A stretch of DNA of 64,000 nt, from positions 150,526,020-150,590,019 of the forward strand of contig NC_068981.1 of the NCBI RefSeq assembly GCF_001194135.2, given 5' to 3'. This DNA is from Octopus bimaculoides. Taxonomy: Eukaryota. A program made the translations under genes and the position numbers. The notes beneath the pieces were generated by a model, which worked only from the letters and a program-made list of their open reading frames with translations, had not been told where the DNA came from and ran no database searches. This document shows positions 1 to 12,410 of the stretch, piece after piece; positions within the stretch are counted from its first letter, which is position 1, and each line of letters starts with the position of its first letter.

Positions 1-399
1 ATATATATATATGGTGCATAGGCGCAAATCAGTGTTTAGGTATGAACAGAATTTAGGTTAGTTACATATTTCAACTGCTAAAGGCAAATACACTGTAGTT
101 ACCGTGGGGGGAAAATATCTCTCTTATGGTAAGAAGGTGTGAAAACATTCAGTTCGTTCAGTGTTGCCATCTCTCAGGAATCTCAGACATCGATGCTTCG
201 AGTTTTTTGACTCTTGTCAATGAGATGTACCTAAAGGATGATTCTTTATTACAATAATTATATATCATACATAGATAGGACGACACTGGACGTTACAAAC
301 AAATAGTACGTTTATGAGTTCTTTTTATAGAGATTTTTAAACTATGATGATAAATGTCATATTTTAGAATTTACAAGATTTACAAGTTGACCCTTGGCC

Positions 400-620
400 A
401 TGAAGCCCAACGGCTACACTATACTTGTCTTGCATGGATGAGACTAAGTAGGGTCATTCATACCCAACTTCCTTGCCACATCCTTCCATTTTTCCGAATA
501 ACACGAACATGTATATCTAGTGACTTAAGGTCGTCTAGGAGACAAGTTTGTTACCGTTTCGACCCCAGGCCACGCGCATTTACACCCCGTAGCTTAATCT
601 TCATAGGTATACTTACTTAC
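400..620 (+). pseudogene. Plus-strand fragment paralogous to the C-terminal domain of the gag-like unit at 651-1031
   Basis: Translation RLHY...HILPFFRITR...DLRSSRRQVCYRFDPRPRAFTPRSLIFIG aligns with RAHY...DMLPHIRIAR...ELRSSRRQVYFRFDPRQRAFTPRSLISIG of ORF 651..1031(-). Confidence 0.55.
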
Positions 621-859
621 ATTTTGAGTTTTCGGAGGGGCTGCAAAAATTCAGCTTGCTCCCCATCCTTTTTCTTTTGTGGCGTAGCCGCTGGACTGAC
701 CATAAAGGTTCAATCGACCATCTCTGACTGCCTCTTTCTTTTTAATATACAATATCTGTACACTCACCACTATCTGTATACCTATGGAGATTAAGCTACG
801 GGGTGTAAATGCGCGTTGCCTGGGGTCGAAACGGAAATAAACTTGTCTCCTAGACGACC
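529..859. repeat. 84-bp inverted repeat (529-612 / 776-859), 163-nt spacer
   Basis: Manual reverse-complement comparison: 80/84 identical. Confidence 0.95.
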
Positions 860-2100
860 GTAACTCTTTTAAGTTATTAGGATACTTTTCTTTTAGTTCA
901 TTGAATAGTCCCACCTTCATCCTCGCAATTCGGATGTGAGGCAGCATGTCCTTATTGTCTTTATAAACCCGAGATTTGTAATGAGCTCTAATCATTCTTG
1001 ATAGTACCTCATTTTTTTCATTAAAGGACACGATTATTTTTTTTTTTTGCGCCTTGGGGTGGAGTTTGGTAATGGGTTATGGGTTTTAACAAGGGGATGG
1101 TGTGGATAGTCTTTTGTGTGTCTGTAATTGGCTTATTTGTTTTCTTTGTATGGGGAGAGGAGTCCGGGGCTTGGGCTTTTTTTTCCTCTTTCGGGATTTA
1201 ACCAGGGTAAATTCCATTTCTTCCTCTATGTTTTGAGTTCTATCTTGTGTTTTTTCTTGTTTTTTCTTGCGTCTTTCTTGAGGCTTTTCTTGTCTTTTCA
1301 CTTCTTGTTTCTCTTTTTCTCCCATCTCTAGAGGTTCTTTTTGAGGGGAGGCTTCACTCTTTTTCTCTTTAGGCTTGCATTCAGAGCACACTACGCCCCT
1401 CTACTGCAATTCTCACACTCAGCCCTTCCCCTATAAATAACCTATCGGGCATCCCTTCTAATATTTCAGGGGTGGCTTGAACCACGACCTCAAGGGTGTG
1501 CCCCTTCCAATTTTTGGCCTCTTCCTTCTTCATCTGTAAAATAGACATTTTTTCCTCCACATCATAAGTCATGGCTGCTGCTATCCAAATTACGTCGTAT
1601 CCTGCTGGTATATCTTCTATGTTAATTTTTGCCGTTCTTCTATCCAAATACGTTGGTAGTAAAATTATTTCCTCGCTTTTTAATGTTCTTGTTGATAACT
1701 TCTTTAGCCGTGTTCTCGTTAGCAAACTACCATAGCATTCCTTCTACCATGTCCAACGTACACAATTTTATTCCGTGTAGGTGCCAGACATCTTTCAACT
1801 ATTTCACTTTTACAAGTTACAATTCTTTTTTCCCTTTAGGTTATACGTTTTATATACCACTGTTCTTGCAGCTATATTTTGTACAATTTCCTGCGGAGGG
1901 AGCAACTTCGTATTATTTCCGTTCTTTTTTACGAGATTTCTATACTTAAACAATTCAGCCATCGTCACTTCTACCGTTATCATATTACCACCTACGGCTG
2001 CCGAAAAACTGGGTTTTTTCCTTAAACACTTGTTTTGCATTATCAGTTTCTTTGTTTGGAACATTTTACATTTCTGGAAAATCCTCCTTAGACATTACGT
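651..2100 (-). pseudogene. ORF1/gag-like gene copy 1 (frameshifted; RRM-like region, truncated Zn knuckle, K/E-rich linker, unknown C-terminal domain)
   Basis: Consecutive minus ORFs 1810-2064, 1381-1725, 1086-1391, 651-1031. Motifs FSAAVGG and EEIILLPTYLDRRTAK..VVQA..E.L..PDR.F.G.GLS.R.AVEGR are shared with the copy at 20.0-20.85 kb; the copy at 22.5-23.9 kb shares related motifs. Confidence 0.7.
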
Positions 2101-2240
2101 TGAATTCCATAATGTAATTTTACAGAAAAATAAATTCCTTAAAAAGGTATACACAAAAATTTTTTTTTTTTTTTTTCTTTTTTTTTTTTGACAACAAATA
2201 ATTTTTGCCAAAATTATTGACAAAATTAATATTTTTTACC

Positions 2241-2344
2241 CTGCAAAAGGTGAGAATTCAAATCACAAAAGTCCCAAAGTCCAATTTCAACAAGTACAAT
2301 AGACAGTGCAATAACAGAGAAACATAATAACAGATAGAACTCAC
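2241..2344 (-). other. Putative 104-nt spliceosomal 5'UTR intron of gag-like copy 1
   Basis: Minus strand ttt|GTGAGT donor at 2344 and TTCTCACCTTTTGCAG|G acceptor at 2241. Confidence 0.45.
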
Positions 2345-2383
2345 AAACAAGCAGCAACCAACAGATGTAGCTAAGTAATTCAA

Positions 2384-2450
2384 CTCTGAACGAATTGAAT
2401 AAATCTATAGTTTTATAAATAATTCAGTCAACACGTTGACTGATTTGCGC
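2384..2450 (-). promoter_or_regulatory. Putative Pol II TATA-Inr promoter of gag-like copy 1
   Basis: Minus strand TATAAAA at 2417-2411, 30 nt upstream of TCAGAG (A at 2387). Upstream palindrome tcagtcaac-ac-gttgactga (2424-2443). ATTCA(A/G)TTCGTTCAG and GCGCAAATCAGT recur on + near 147 and near 22. Confidence 0.4.
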
Positions 2451-2519
2451 TAGTAGATCGCCTGATAAATTTAATATACGGAGTATAGGCGCAAAGCAGT
2501 GTTCAGGTATGAGTAGAAT

Positions 2520-2670
2520 CGAGGTCGACTTTGCCTTTCATCCTTCCGGGGTCGATAAATTAAGTACCAGTTACGCACTGGGGTCGATGTAATCGACTTA
2601 ATCCGTTCGTCTGTCCTTGTTTTTTCCCTCTATGTTTAGCCCCTTGTGGGCAATAAAGAAATAAGAATCT
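2520..2670 (+). mobile_element. SINE family B (3' part)
   Basis: gaggtcgactttgcctttcatcc..gggtcgataaattaagtaccag core repeated at 13.2, 46.7, 52.7-53.4 and 61.1-61.9 kb. Confidence 0.85.
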
Positions 2671-2682
2671 AAGTTAGTTAAA

Positions 2683-2713
<31 letters not shown>

Positions 2714-2719
2714 TATAAG

Positions 2720-2880
2720 CATATAGGCACCGGCAAGGCTGTATTGTTAAAAAGTTGCCTTGCAACAATATGGTTTCGGGTTCAATCCCACGGAGTCACA
2801 GCTTGTCAAGTGTCTTCTCCAATAGTTTCGGAAAGACCAATGTATGTATGCATGGATGTATGTATGTATGTAAGTGTGCT
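2720..2880 (+). mobile_element. SINE family A, degenerate 5' part
   Basis: tRNA-like head ggttcaatcccac..caagtgtcttctcc matching copies at 48.0-48.4 and 50.4-50.8 kb. Confidence 0.65.
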
Positions 2881-2984
2881 GGTTTACAAGTCTATCTTTA
2901 CATTAACACTCCATCAGTAACAATACTCTTCCTTTATACCCCCATAACATAGTGTTTCGACAAACAGACTATAACACGATATAT

Positions 2985-3480
2985 ACTTTGCGGGAGCAAA
3001 GTATCGGGTTAAAAGGTAAATGCAAATGGTGATATGCATTGCATAAACGGCATGGGGCTTGGATAGTGAAGCTGCAACAAATAGAATTGCTGATTCAGGC
3101 AGTCTATGAAGTTCTACCGAGTCAATCCAATTTTTTCTGTTAAGACAAGAAAGTCAACAGCTTGATAATTTTGTGTGATGCGAGGGACCCTGAAGCACAC
3201 ACTCAAACAGCTGTTTAAAATTTCGAAAGGAATGAAACTACGGCTGGTAACATGGGCTGGTTTTAAAGGCCATCCGTAGTGATATTAGACAGTATAGACA
3301 CTATCTCTCAAAGAAAAAACGTTTGTATTCGCAAAAGCTTGTATTTAACATGTAGCAGATGCTACAAACATCTTCCTTGACAGCAAGCAACGGTACAAGG
3401 CTGCGAGTTAATAGCCAATCTTGGAATTCACAAAAGCCCTTTTCAGAGTTATTTACTTTCAATTGTTATCTCATATCTGA
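2985..3480 (+). mobile_element. HERO/R2-superfamily RLE non-LTR retrotransposon relic
   Basis: Frameshifted RIELLIQAVYEVLPSQSNF..LC..RGTLKH matches the I..LIQAVYDVLPSP.NL..W..C.LC..GTL.HIL motif of this group. Confidence 0.7.
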
Positions 3481-3884
3481 TTAGCCTGTTATTACGTAAC
3501 ATACTTCGCGATTTTGGTATACATAACTTATTGCTATTTTCTCATAAGTTCTATATACTCTGGGAATGCATTAAAGCCCTTTTCGGGGCCATTTCATTTG
3601 AATTCTTACTATCAGGTAACTAATTTCATGTTATTATATAACTGACTTCACAATTTGGGTATTCATAACTTCCTGGGAATTCCTAAAAACAAGATCCTGT
3701 TTAAGACAGTTCGGTATTCTCTGTAAATGCAGGAAAACTGTTTTAAGGGCTACATACTTTGTATTGTTGTTATTGGATTAGCGAAACAATTATATAAGAA
3801 CGGAACCAAGAGATAAGGCCCGCTTTTCCGGGATATACCGGTACGTCAACTAGTATATATATATGTATATATATATTCTTTTCT

Positions 3885-4086
3885 TTTTTTGTTTTTTTAT
3901 TTGTTTCAGTCATTTGACAGCGGTCATGCTGGAGCACCACCTTTTGTCGAACAAATCGACCCCAGAACTTTATTCTATCGGTCAATTTTGCCGAAACGCT
4001 AAATTACGGGGACGTAAACACACCAACATTGGTTGTCAAGCGATGGTGGGGAGACAAACAGACACACACACACACACACACACACA
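3885..4086 (-). mobile_element. SINE family A, 3' part (runs into gap)
   Basis: cagtcatttgacagcggtcatgctggagcacc..tattctatcggtc..ttacggggacgtaaaca shared with 47975-48366. Confidence 0.9.
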
Positions 4087-5480
4087 NNNNNNNNNNNNNN
4101 NNNNNNNNNNNNNNNNNNNNNNNNNNNNNNNNNNNNNNNNNNNNNNNNNNNNNNNNNNNNNNNNNNNNNNNNNNNNNNNNNNNNNNNNNNNNNNNNNNNN
4201 NNNNNNNNNNNNNNNNNNNNNNNNNNNNNNNNNNNNNNNNNNNNNNNNNNNNNNNNNNNNNNNNNNNNNNNNNNNNNNNNNNNNNNNNNNNNNNNNNNNN
4301 NNNNNNNNNNNNNNNNNNNNNNNNNNNNNNNNNNNNNNNNNNNNNNNNNNNNNNNNNNNNNNNNNNNNNNNNNNNNNNNNNNNNNNNNNNNNNNNNNNNN
4401 NNNNNNNNNNNNNNNNNNNNNNNNNNNNNNNNNNNNNNNNNNNNNNNNNNNNNNNNNNNNNNNNNNNNNNNNNNNNNNNNNNNNNNNNNNNNNNNNNNNN
4501 NNNNNNNNNNNNNNNNNNNNNNNNNNNNNNNNNNNNNNNNNNNNNNNNNNNNNNNNNNNNNNNNNNNNNNNNNNNNNNNNNNNNNNNNNNNNNNNNNNNN
4601 NNNNNNNNNNNNNNNNNNNNNNNNNNNNNNNNNNNNNNNNNNNNNNNNNNNNNNNNNNNNNNNNNNNNNNNNNNNNNNNNNNNNNNNNNNNNNNNNNNNN
4701 NNNNNNNNNNNNNNNNNNNNNNNNNNNNNNNNNNNNNNNNNNNNNNNNNNNNNNNNNNNNNNNNNNNNNNNNNNNNNNNNNNNNNNNNNNNNNNNNNNNN
4801 NNNNNNNNNNNNNNNNNNNNNNNNNNNNNNNNNNNNNNNNNNNNNNNNNNNNNNNNNNNNNNNNNNNNNATATATATATATATATATATAGACGCGCACA
4901 TATATATACATATATTCGAGTGAATTATGTTGTATGTATGTGTGCATGCATGCATGCAGAATGTATGCGAGTATGTATAGCTATATGTACGCTGATGCTT
5001 CTCCGCGTATTTTTATGTGCATAAGTATGATATATATATAGACGTATATATGTATGTGTAAATATATATATGTATATGTCTGTGTGTACGTGTGTCTGTG
5101 TGTGTGCGCGCGTGTGTGTACAAGCCTGCGCAAGCTTACATCCGTGTGTCTGTGCGTGCATCTGCGTAAATACCTAAATCTTAGTACTCGAATTTATGTG
5201 TCTGTATGCAAGAGTGTTAAATTCTTATCTCGGTTCCACAGCATACAGAAGAATATATTCAGTCTGACAAATCCATTTTTTAAGAATAGAAAAAGAAAGC
5301 CCTCTGCTCAATCGTATTAGTAAACAGTAAAGACATCGTAAATACGTTTCATCATATTAAATAAATCTCCCTCACACACTACTCACTCCGCCTTCCTCTG
5401 CCTCAATATCTTTCCTTCTTTTTCTCTCTCTTACTTCGTACTTCTTCAATCTTACTCTTTCTCGCAGTGTCCCACAATAA

Positions 5481-5518
<38 letters not shown>

Positions 5519-5877
5519 GCACGCACACACATATATTTGTATGTATCTATACATGCAGGTATGTATATATAGATCTCGGTTTCTTTTTCCTTTCTCTCTT
5601 TCCTCTCTTTTCTTTTATTTATTTACTTGAGCATACACTCTAACTTACGAACACGCGCACATATATGGCTACACGCGGCCAAAAACATATACATACATGT
5701 GTATATATATATATATATATNNNNNNNNNNNNNNNNNNNNNNNNNNNNNNNNNNNNNNNNNNNNNNNNNNNNNNNNNNNNNNNNNNNNNNNNNNNNNNNN
5801 NNNNNNNNNNNNNNNNNNNNNNNNNNNNNNNNNNNNNNNNNNNNNNNNNNNNNNNNNNNNNNNNNNNNNNNNNNATA

Positions 5878-6088
5878 TACAGGGTGGCCCAAAAGTAGAT
5901 TTACAGTTATCACGTAGGCACTTTAAATTTTTTAAACATTTTATTACATTTGAATTTCTATCTTACAATTAACTAAATTAGCATAGAATAATAATTTCAT
6001 ATTTTTTTGTCATTAAGATCTAAACTGTTAATATATGAATACGAAAGAGATAGTTGAATAACTGTAAACCTACTTTGGGCCACTCTGT
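5878..6088. mobile_element. Tc1/mariner-type MITE
   Basis: About 31-bp imperfect TIRs tacagggtggcccaaaagtagatttacagttat / ataactgtaaacctactttgggccactctgt; TA at the left end only. Confidence 0.75.
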
Positions 6089-6089
6089 C

Positions 6090-6240
6090 CTTAACGTAAC
6101 CTTGCGTACGCGACGATGCATGCAGAACTGTTTTCGTTTGGGAGCTGAGTTGTCCTCGCAATGTCGCACACTGTTTACGCGAAGGAGTGCACGGTTGAGC
6201 CACAACTATTGATTCCAAACTGAAATACCACATCACAATG
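6090..6240 (-). pseudogene. Possible mariner-like transposase N-terminal (HTH) relic
   Basis: YFSLESIVVAQ...PSRK resembles YF.TKSIV..QR.F...PSR of Tc1/mariner N-termini; adjacent to the TIR. Confidence 0.35.
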
Positions 6241-6670
6241 TAGTTTTCAAGCGCTCCCTTGCCAATACCCCCTTACCAATTCATTTCTTTTGTCTAGATT
6301 TCTCTCATGTGGTACTGCTGAGCGCGCCTACAGGCTTAATTTATTACATAGATGTAGTTCCTATGTCTGCTAATTGTTCAGTGTATTAGCGGCAGCGCCG
6401 ACAGCTGCAAAGGAGAGTATAGCCACTGAGAGCTTTTTGTTGAGTTAAAAAATCACATACCCTACCACCCACTTTTCCATGAGGAGCTTGGTGCCTGGAA
6501 TGTTCCAAACAGACGCATGACAAGTCACTTAGTTAAATTAGCTCATCATCTACTCCATAATAGTTTTGTCGTCAATGCTGCACAACCCCGTATTACATGT
6601 TTCAACTTGACTGTACCATATATACAAACTATGCGATTTAAATCCCGAGCAACACCGGGTGTTTCTGCTG

Positions 6671-6776
<106 letters not shown>

Positions 6777-8559
6777 GTGTGTGTGTATTCATATTCACGG
6801 TGATTTATTTATCAAATCTATATCGTATCGTGATTCAGAATGACGACAGTCTTATGTCTGGACACTGTCCTATCGGAATACATTGAACACTATATTAACT
6901 AATTCCAAGGTTTGTCTGTTACTTTATAACTTTATCTTGTTTACCATTGACTGGTATCGTTCTTTATAAAGCTGATCTATCCGTAAACAGCTAAACGTTG
7001 ATTTGTTATATCAGAATAGTAATCCGTCTAATGTTTATTTACAGTAGAGGAAAAGACTTCATCATGAAAACGATACATTATTTTGTATTTCTTTTTTTTT
7101 TCTTCTTTTTGGTAGCTTGCACTCACTAATCATGTGAATATCCTTATAACTGGCTGAATCTATCAACCAATTACTTAATTAATCAATCAGCTAATCAATA
7201 TTTATTTATTTATCTGAATGAAATGTAGAAAATTAGAAATTTCTTCTCATCATTTCTTCATCAATGGTAAGTAAACAAGACTTGTTGACTTGTCACTATG
7301 TCAAGTATGTAATGAGATATTAAAAGAACAGTCAGGTAAAAATGTCCACAAAGAAGTATTTGAAAGACTGATCACGAAAGTATATAACTGTAGTTGAAGT
7401 TTTCTGATGGTAAAACATGAATATGCATAGATCATTCATAAGTGAAACATATAGGTCTACATATATTGAGGGAACCTGCGAGCAGGCACGCACTGGCACA
7501 CACATATACACGCACACACACGCGCGCGCATACACACGCACACATACACACTCTCACCTAACACACACACACAACACACACTCACACACGCACGCACACA
7601 CACATGCACTCTGTATGCTTCAAATGACTTTAAACACCAGACGTATGGAGAAACAGAATTGCTTTTCTTGTCGACCAAAGTTTCGTTAATTTTCTCTTGT
7701 TTCCCTATAATATCACATCAGCGTCAGGAAAGTCGATTTGCTCAATCATTAGAGCGTCGTCCGAATTAAATGCTTTACAATATTTCTTCCAGCTATTTGG
7801 GATCTGAGTTCAAATCTCGTCAAAGTCAAGTTAACTTTTTTTTTATTCATAATTCCAAGGTCGAATAATATATATTTTCAGTTAAGTATTGGCAGTAGAT
7901 TTTTTTATCATCTGCTGCTCTGTACCAATACGCAATTGACTGGTATAGTAAAATAAAACCTAAATCTCCGTCAAACCGAAGGTCTCCGATAACAGATGAA
8001 ATGACACAAACGTTGATTTACATTACCGTCATATCAATATTCTATATCTGTAACACTCTATATTGCAGCCAAACACAACGCACATACATTCTGCTATCCA
8101 CTTACACAATCTTTGTGTGTGTCTCTAAAAGGGACCACATCACACAGGATAACATAAAAGAAAAAGACTTTTTGCTACCGTCCTCAACATTGTTGTTGTC
8201 ATCATTATTGTTGTTTTTGTGGTTGTTGTTGCTGCTGTCACTGCTGTTGTTGTTGTTGTTGCCGTTGCTACTGTTGTTGTTGTTTTCTGTGTAATAGTTT
8301 GTTCGTATGCCATAGATCAATAATGGTTTTATAGCACCCGATAACGATACAGAAATAGCAATATTCATATCTCATTAACTCTATGACACTCACATCCTTC
8401 ATGCTGCTTCTATTTTATCTTACTTTGTATGACATTTTAGCTTGCATGATAGTTTTGCATTACCAGCAATAATAATAATAGTAATAATAATAACAATTTT
8501 GTTGGATAAATAGCTCGGATCTAAATGTACCACAGGACTCCAACAGAGTAACTAACTTA

Positions 8560-9990
8560 AGAAGATATATTCTCAAAACGACAAAAACAAAAAATCACGA
8601 ATTTACTGCATCACGAAAAAAATAAATAATGAACACAAAACAACTTAGAAATATAAAACCATTGAGAGAGTAATCCACAAAGATAGAACTTACATGTGTA
8701 AAACGAGTGAAGTGAATAAGGAAACACGACATATGCAAACTTTAGAACATCTACAGATTACAGATAAAAACAAAAGAAGAAATCGTAAAAAGCTAAATCC
8801 ACGGTCAATAGCAGAGGATTGTTCCTATGGGACTTCCTGGCGCCTAACATTTTTTGGCGCTGATACATTTAACCGACATGTTGAAGAAAATTGAATTCGG
8901 ATACAAATACAATAGTAGGAAAATTAACCAGCTCTTCTATATGAACAATCTCAAAATGAATGCTGAAAATCATAACATGAAGCATCAGATGCAACATGGA
9001 TATCTCACTATGGGAATTTATATGAGATCCAGGTTTGGAAAATGCACCGAGACAACCTTAGAGAGAGGAAAATTAAGAACAGTAATATCAGATAGAAAAA
9101 TAAGCTAAGATAAGAGAATTAGACTAGACACAGACACATGAATACTTAGAAATCAATGAATTATGCAGTGTACAACACACACAAATGAAAAATATTGGAA
9201 AATAATATTATAGACGCAGTAGATTAATATTTAAAACAGAGCTAAATTAAAAGAAGTAACGTAAGAGACATCAACATTTTAGCTCTCTCAGAAATAACTT
9301 ATAGCTATAATATTCTTAATTAGAAGTTAAGCAAACACAGCACCACTAATCTGATAAAGAAAATCTATATTTACCAAAATGCCAGAAATTAGGGATCTTT
9401 GGCAATTACAAAACTACTGTAAAATATCAAGCGTTGGCCCATAAAAATCTCAGTAAAGAATAATGGAAAATTAATACAAATATCTACGAAATACAATCAA
9501 AACAACAATGTTTTCTCTCTACTAGGAAACCTTGAAATACAAGACAAATACTTAAATGACAGACGGTTATAAAAGGCAGGAGAAACGACAACAGAAATTA
9601 CAAAATCCATAAAATATAAGCTAAAATTTGGGCTACAGAATGCCATGACAAAACAGAGACAAGCAAAATTTTTTCATAAACAATAATTTGATGGTAATAC
9701 ACAATAACAGGGTGGTAATACAGGAGAAAAAGTCGCAACACTGGATGAGAATCAGGACTGAAAGGTTTTTGATTTCTGCGCAGGATCAAAGCTTCTTCCA
9801 AAACCCATCAAAAGCATGCAATGAAGCTGGATATGTGAAGATATGGAAAATAATTAATTACATTGTCTCTGACTTTCTAGTCATAACCAAAAAAGTATAC
9901 ATCCACAAGCATGACAGCCTTGAGCCTTCCAAGTACAGGAGTTTATTTCAACATTATAAAGTACCAATAAAATAGAGACTGTATAGGCAT
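8560..9990 (+). mobile_element. Heavily decayed R4/Dong-like RT-RLE retrotransposon
   Basis: EFGYKYNSRKINQLFYMNNLKMNAEN (cf. INHLLYMDDLKLYA), RFGKC (FGLEKC), TERFLISAQDQS (ETEG.L.AAQDQ), Y.HKHD (Y..RHD). Confidence 0.75.
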
Positions 9991-11325
9991 ATACTAAAAG
10001 CTAACATTGGCTGTGTATTTTGTTTTGTCAATAGTTCTATAATTACTACATATTCACACTAGCAAACGGAACGCTGCTCCCTGTGTTGTGAGTATACGCA
10101 CAATTGGAGTTACCGTTTCAGTTTTGCTTAATTGTATCTATAGTATTCAATGTTATATTTAAGCAGTGTCTAGTTGAGTTAAATTTTGTATTGAATCTTG
10201 TTTACATAATGCCTGAAATGTTGGTTGCTTTATACTGGATTAGTTATATTTCCCAGTTCACTTATTAATAGGACTGTCTCTGAAGTTCTGGCTGCTATTC
10301 CCGTTGTTATTATTGTTGTTAAGTCTTGATCGATATTACATGAGAATTTCCTTGTCTGAGCTTTTTAAAACAAATAGCTGGTAATAAAATGCTTGTTGAG
10401 TTTATTGACTTTCGTTTTTCAAAGTAAGGGGAGGAAAAAATTTCTCTTAAAGTTTTGCTTTCGTTGATGATGAGTGAAGTTTCATATTTTACTACCTTCG
10501 CTGTTTAATAAATGGACTTGATATATTACTAAAGACATTTGAAGTTAATGGGATGTACATAATGTCAGCTGGAAAGAAGACTGTTTCCTATATCATCAAA
10601 ACAATGACAGCAACATTATCAATGGCGGACTAACGTGTTCGAGTAAATCTTAACAGTAGTTATAAAATAGTGGAGAGCTTTAACATACAAGAGGTGATCC
10701 AACTCGATATGTGGATAGTAATGGAAACATGTGAGCCAAAAGGCAAAGATAACAAAAGACATTATATGTATTTAAAGAAAACCATCTCGGAAAGTAAGCA
10801 ATATATTTCACTGAGAATGTTACGTTACGAGAGTGAAAGACCAAAGAAAGGCAGAATAAAAGGAAAAGTGAACTGCCTGAAGAGACTACTAAAACTTTCT
10901 GTAAAAGTAAAATTCCGACACAATGTTGGCGAAACGCATTTTACGTATAGCTTTTTTCTAAATTATGCTGAATTCATTGATCGTCAACTACTTATGACTT
11001 CACTATGTAAGCGGAACTTCGGATACTTCAAGAAACTTCCTACATACCAGCAGGATCACTGAGCACAACTTGTTAGATTTCGGAGTCAGTATGATATATT
11101 GGTATCAAATTTTGGCACAAGGCCCGCAATTTCGGGGGAGGACGTTAAATTATTAAAACCAGAATACACACCATACGCGCGCGCACACACTCACACATCA
11201 GTACATACATACATACAAACATACATACAAACATACATACATACATAATACATACATACATACATACATACATACATACATACAAACATACATGCATACA
11301 TACATAGAAGACATAGCCACTCATG

Positions 11326-11710
11326 ATAAAAAGGAGTACTGGTGGAATGTCCCAGTAAAAACCTCAATAAAATGTAAACACAATAGACCTGATATAACGA
11401 TTTGGGACAGAGAAAAACTGTGGAAATCAGCTGCCCAGTGGATGTTAACATAAAGCTGAAGATCAGTAAATAAGAGAACATCTACGCTGAACTATTGAGA
11501 AATCTGCAATTACTCTATCCAGATTACAATTTCAGGTTTATACCTGTAATTATTGGGGCACTGGGATATGTAATACACTGCCTAAATACCAATATTGATG
11601 AATTAGGCTTCTCAAAACCAGAAAGGAGAAAGATGATTCGAAGACTGCAGATCCAAGCCGTCACTGGAACTGTAAAAATCTGTAAAACTTTGCACAAATT
11701 TATCCTTTAA
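11326..11710 (+). mobile_element. 3' end (restriction-like endonuclease) of an R4/Dong-like non-LTR element
   Basis: EYWWNVPVKT..KHNRPDITIWD..VEISCP.D..LRNLQLLYPDYNFRFIPVIIGALG..LQIQAVTGTVKICK; same family as 29780-30496. Confidence 0.85.
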
Positions 11711-12010
11711 GTATATGCGAGCCTGTCTAGATATGCAAGTATGCATAAGAAGACATACATAAAATAAAACATACAAATCTGCACACATACATACATACAT
11801 GCATGCATGCATGCATGCATACACAAATACATACATGGTCATATACATACAAAAATGTATTCATATCCCACCAAAAGTTCTCTCGCGCAAGCAAGCATGA
11901 CTTAGCAGTACGTATGATACTTTTTACATAATTTTAGACATGATAGATCGCTGACCACTACACATATTTTTTTCTCTCCTTCTTTTTCTCTCTTTTTTTC
12001 CCTCCTTGTT

Positions 12011-12048
12011 TCTTTCTGTGGAAGAGCGTAGGCTCGAAACGTTAAAGA
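12011..12048 (+). ncRNA. Minimal type I hammerhead-like motif (A6U core variant)
   Basis: TCTTT-CTGTGGA-A-GAGC gtag GCTC-GAAACGT-T-AAAGA: stem I 5 bp, stem II 4 bp, palindromic ACGT stem III. Confidence 0.55.
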
Positions 12049-12167
12049 CTTTCTCTATTCCCGAGCGTTAAACTAATACATCCATTTGTTTACACCACCT
12101 GTCTTCGTCTGTTGTTTTTTCGTGAATTCTCCTATATATATATATATATATATATATATAGATATGC

Positions 12168-12206
<39 letters not shown>

Positions 12207-12289
12207 CAAAGTAGCTAGTTGTAAAATGTCAAGAAGAGATCAAGGTAGTTACTATGCTAACCAGTCAAATTAGTATATATAACAAATCT

Positions 12290-12410
12290 ATTCACAAGGC
12301 TTTAGTCGGCCCGAGGCTATTGTAGAAGACACTTGCCCAAGGTCCCACGCAGTGGGAGTGAACCCAGAACCATGTGGTTAGAAAGCAGGCTTCTTACCAC
12401 ACAGCCACGC
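12290..12410 (-). mobile_element. SINE family A, 5' part
   Basis: gaagacacttgcccaaggtcccacgcagtggg..gaacccagaaccatgtgg..taccacacagccac. Confidence 0.85.

Noticed and set aside
10670-11062. 130-aa ORF MESFNIQEV...
   Set aside because: TTG/GTG-type start, no recognisable motif or splice context
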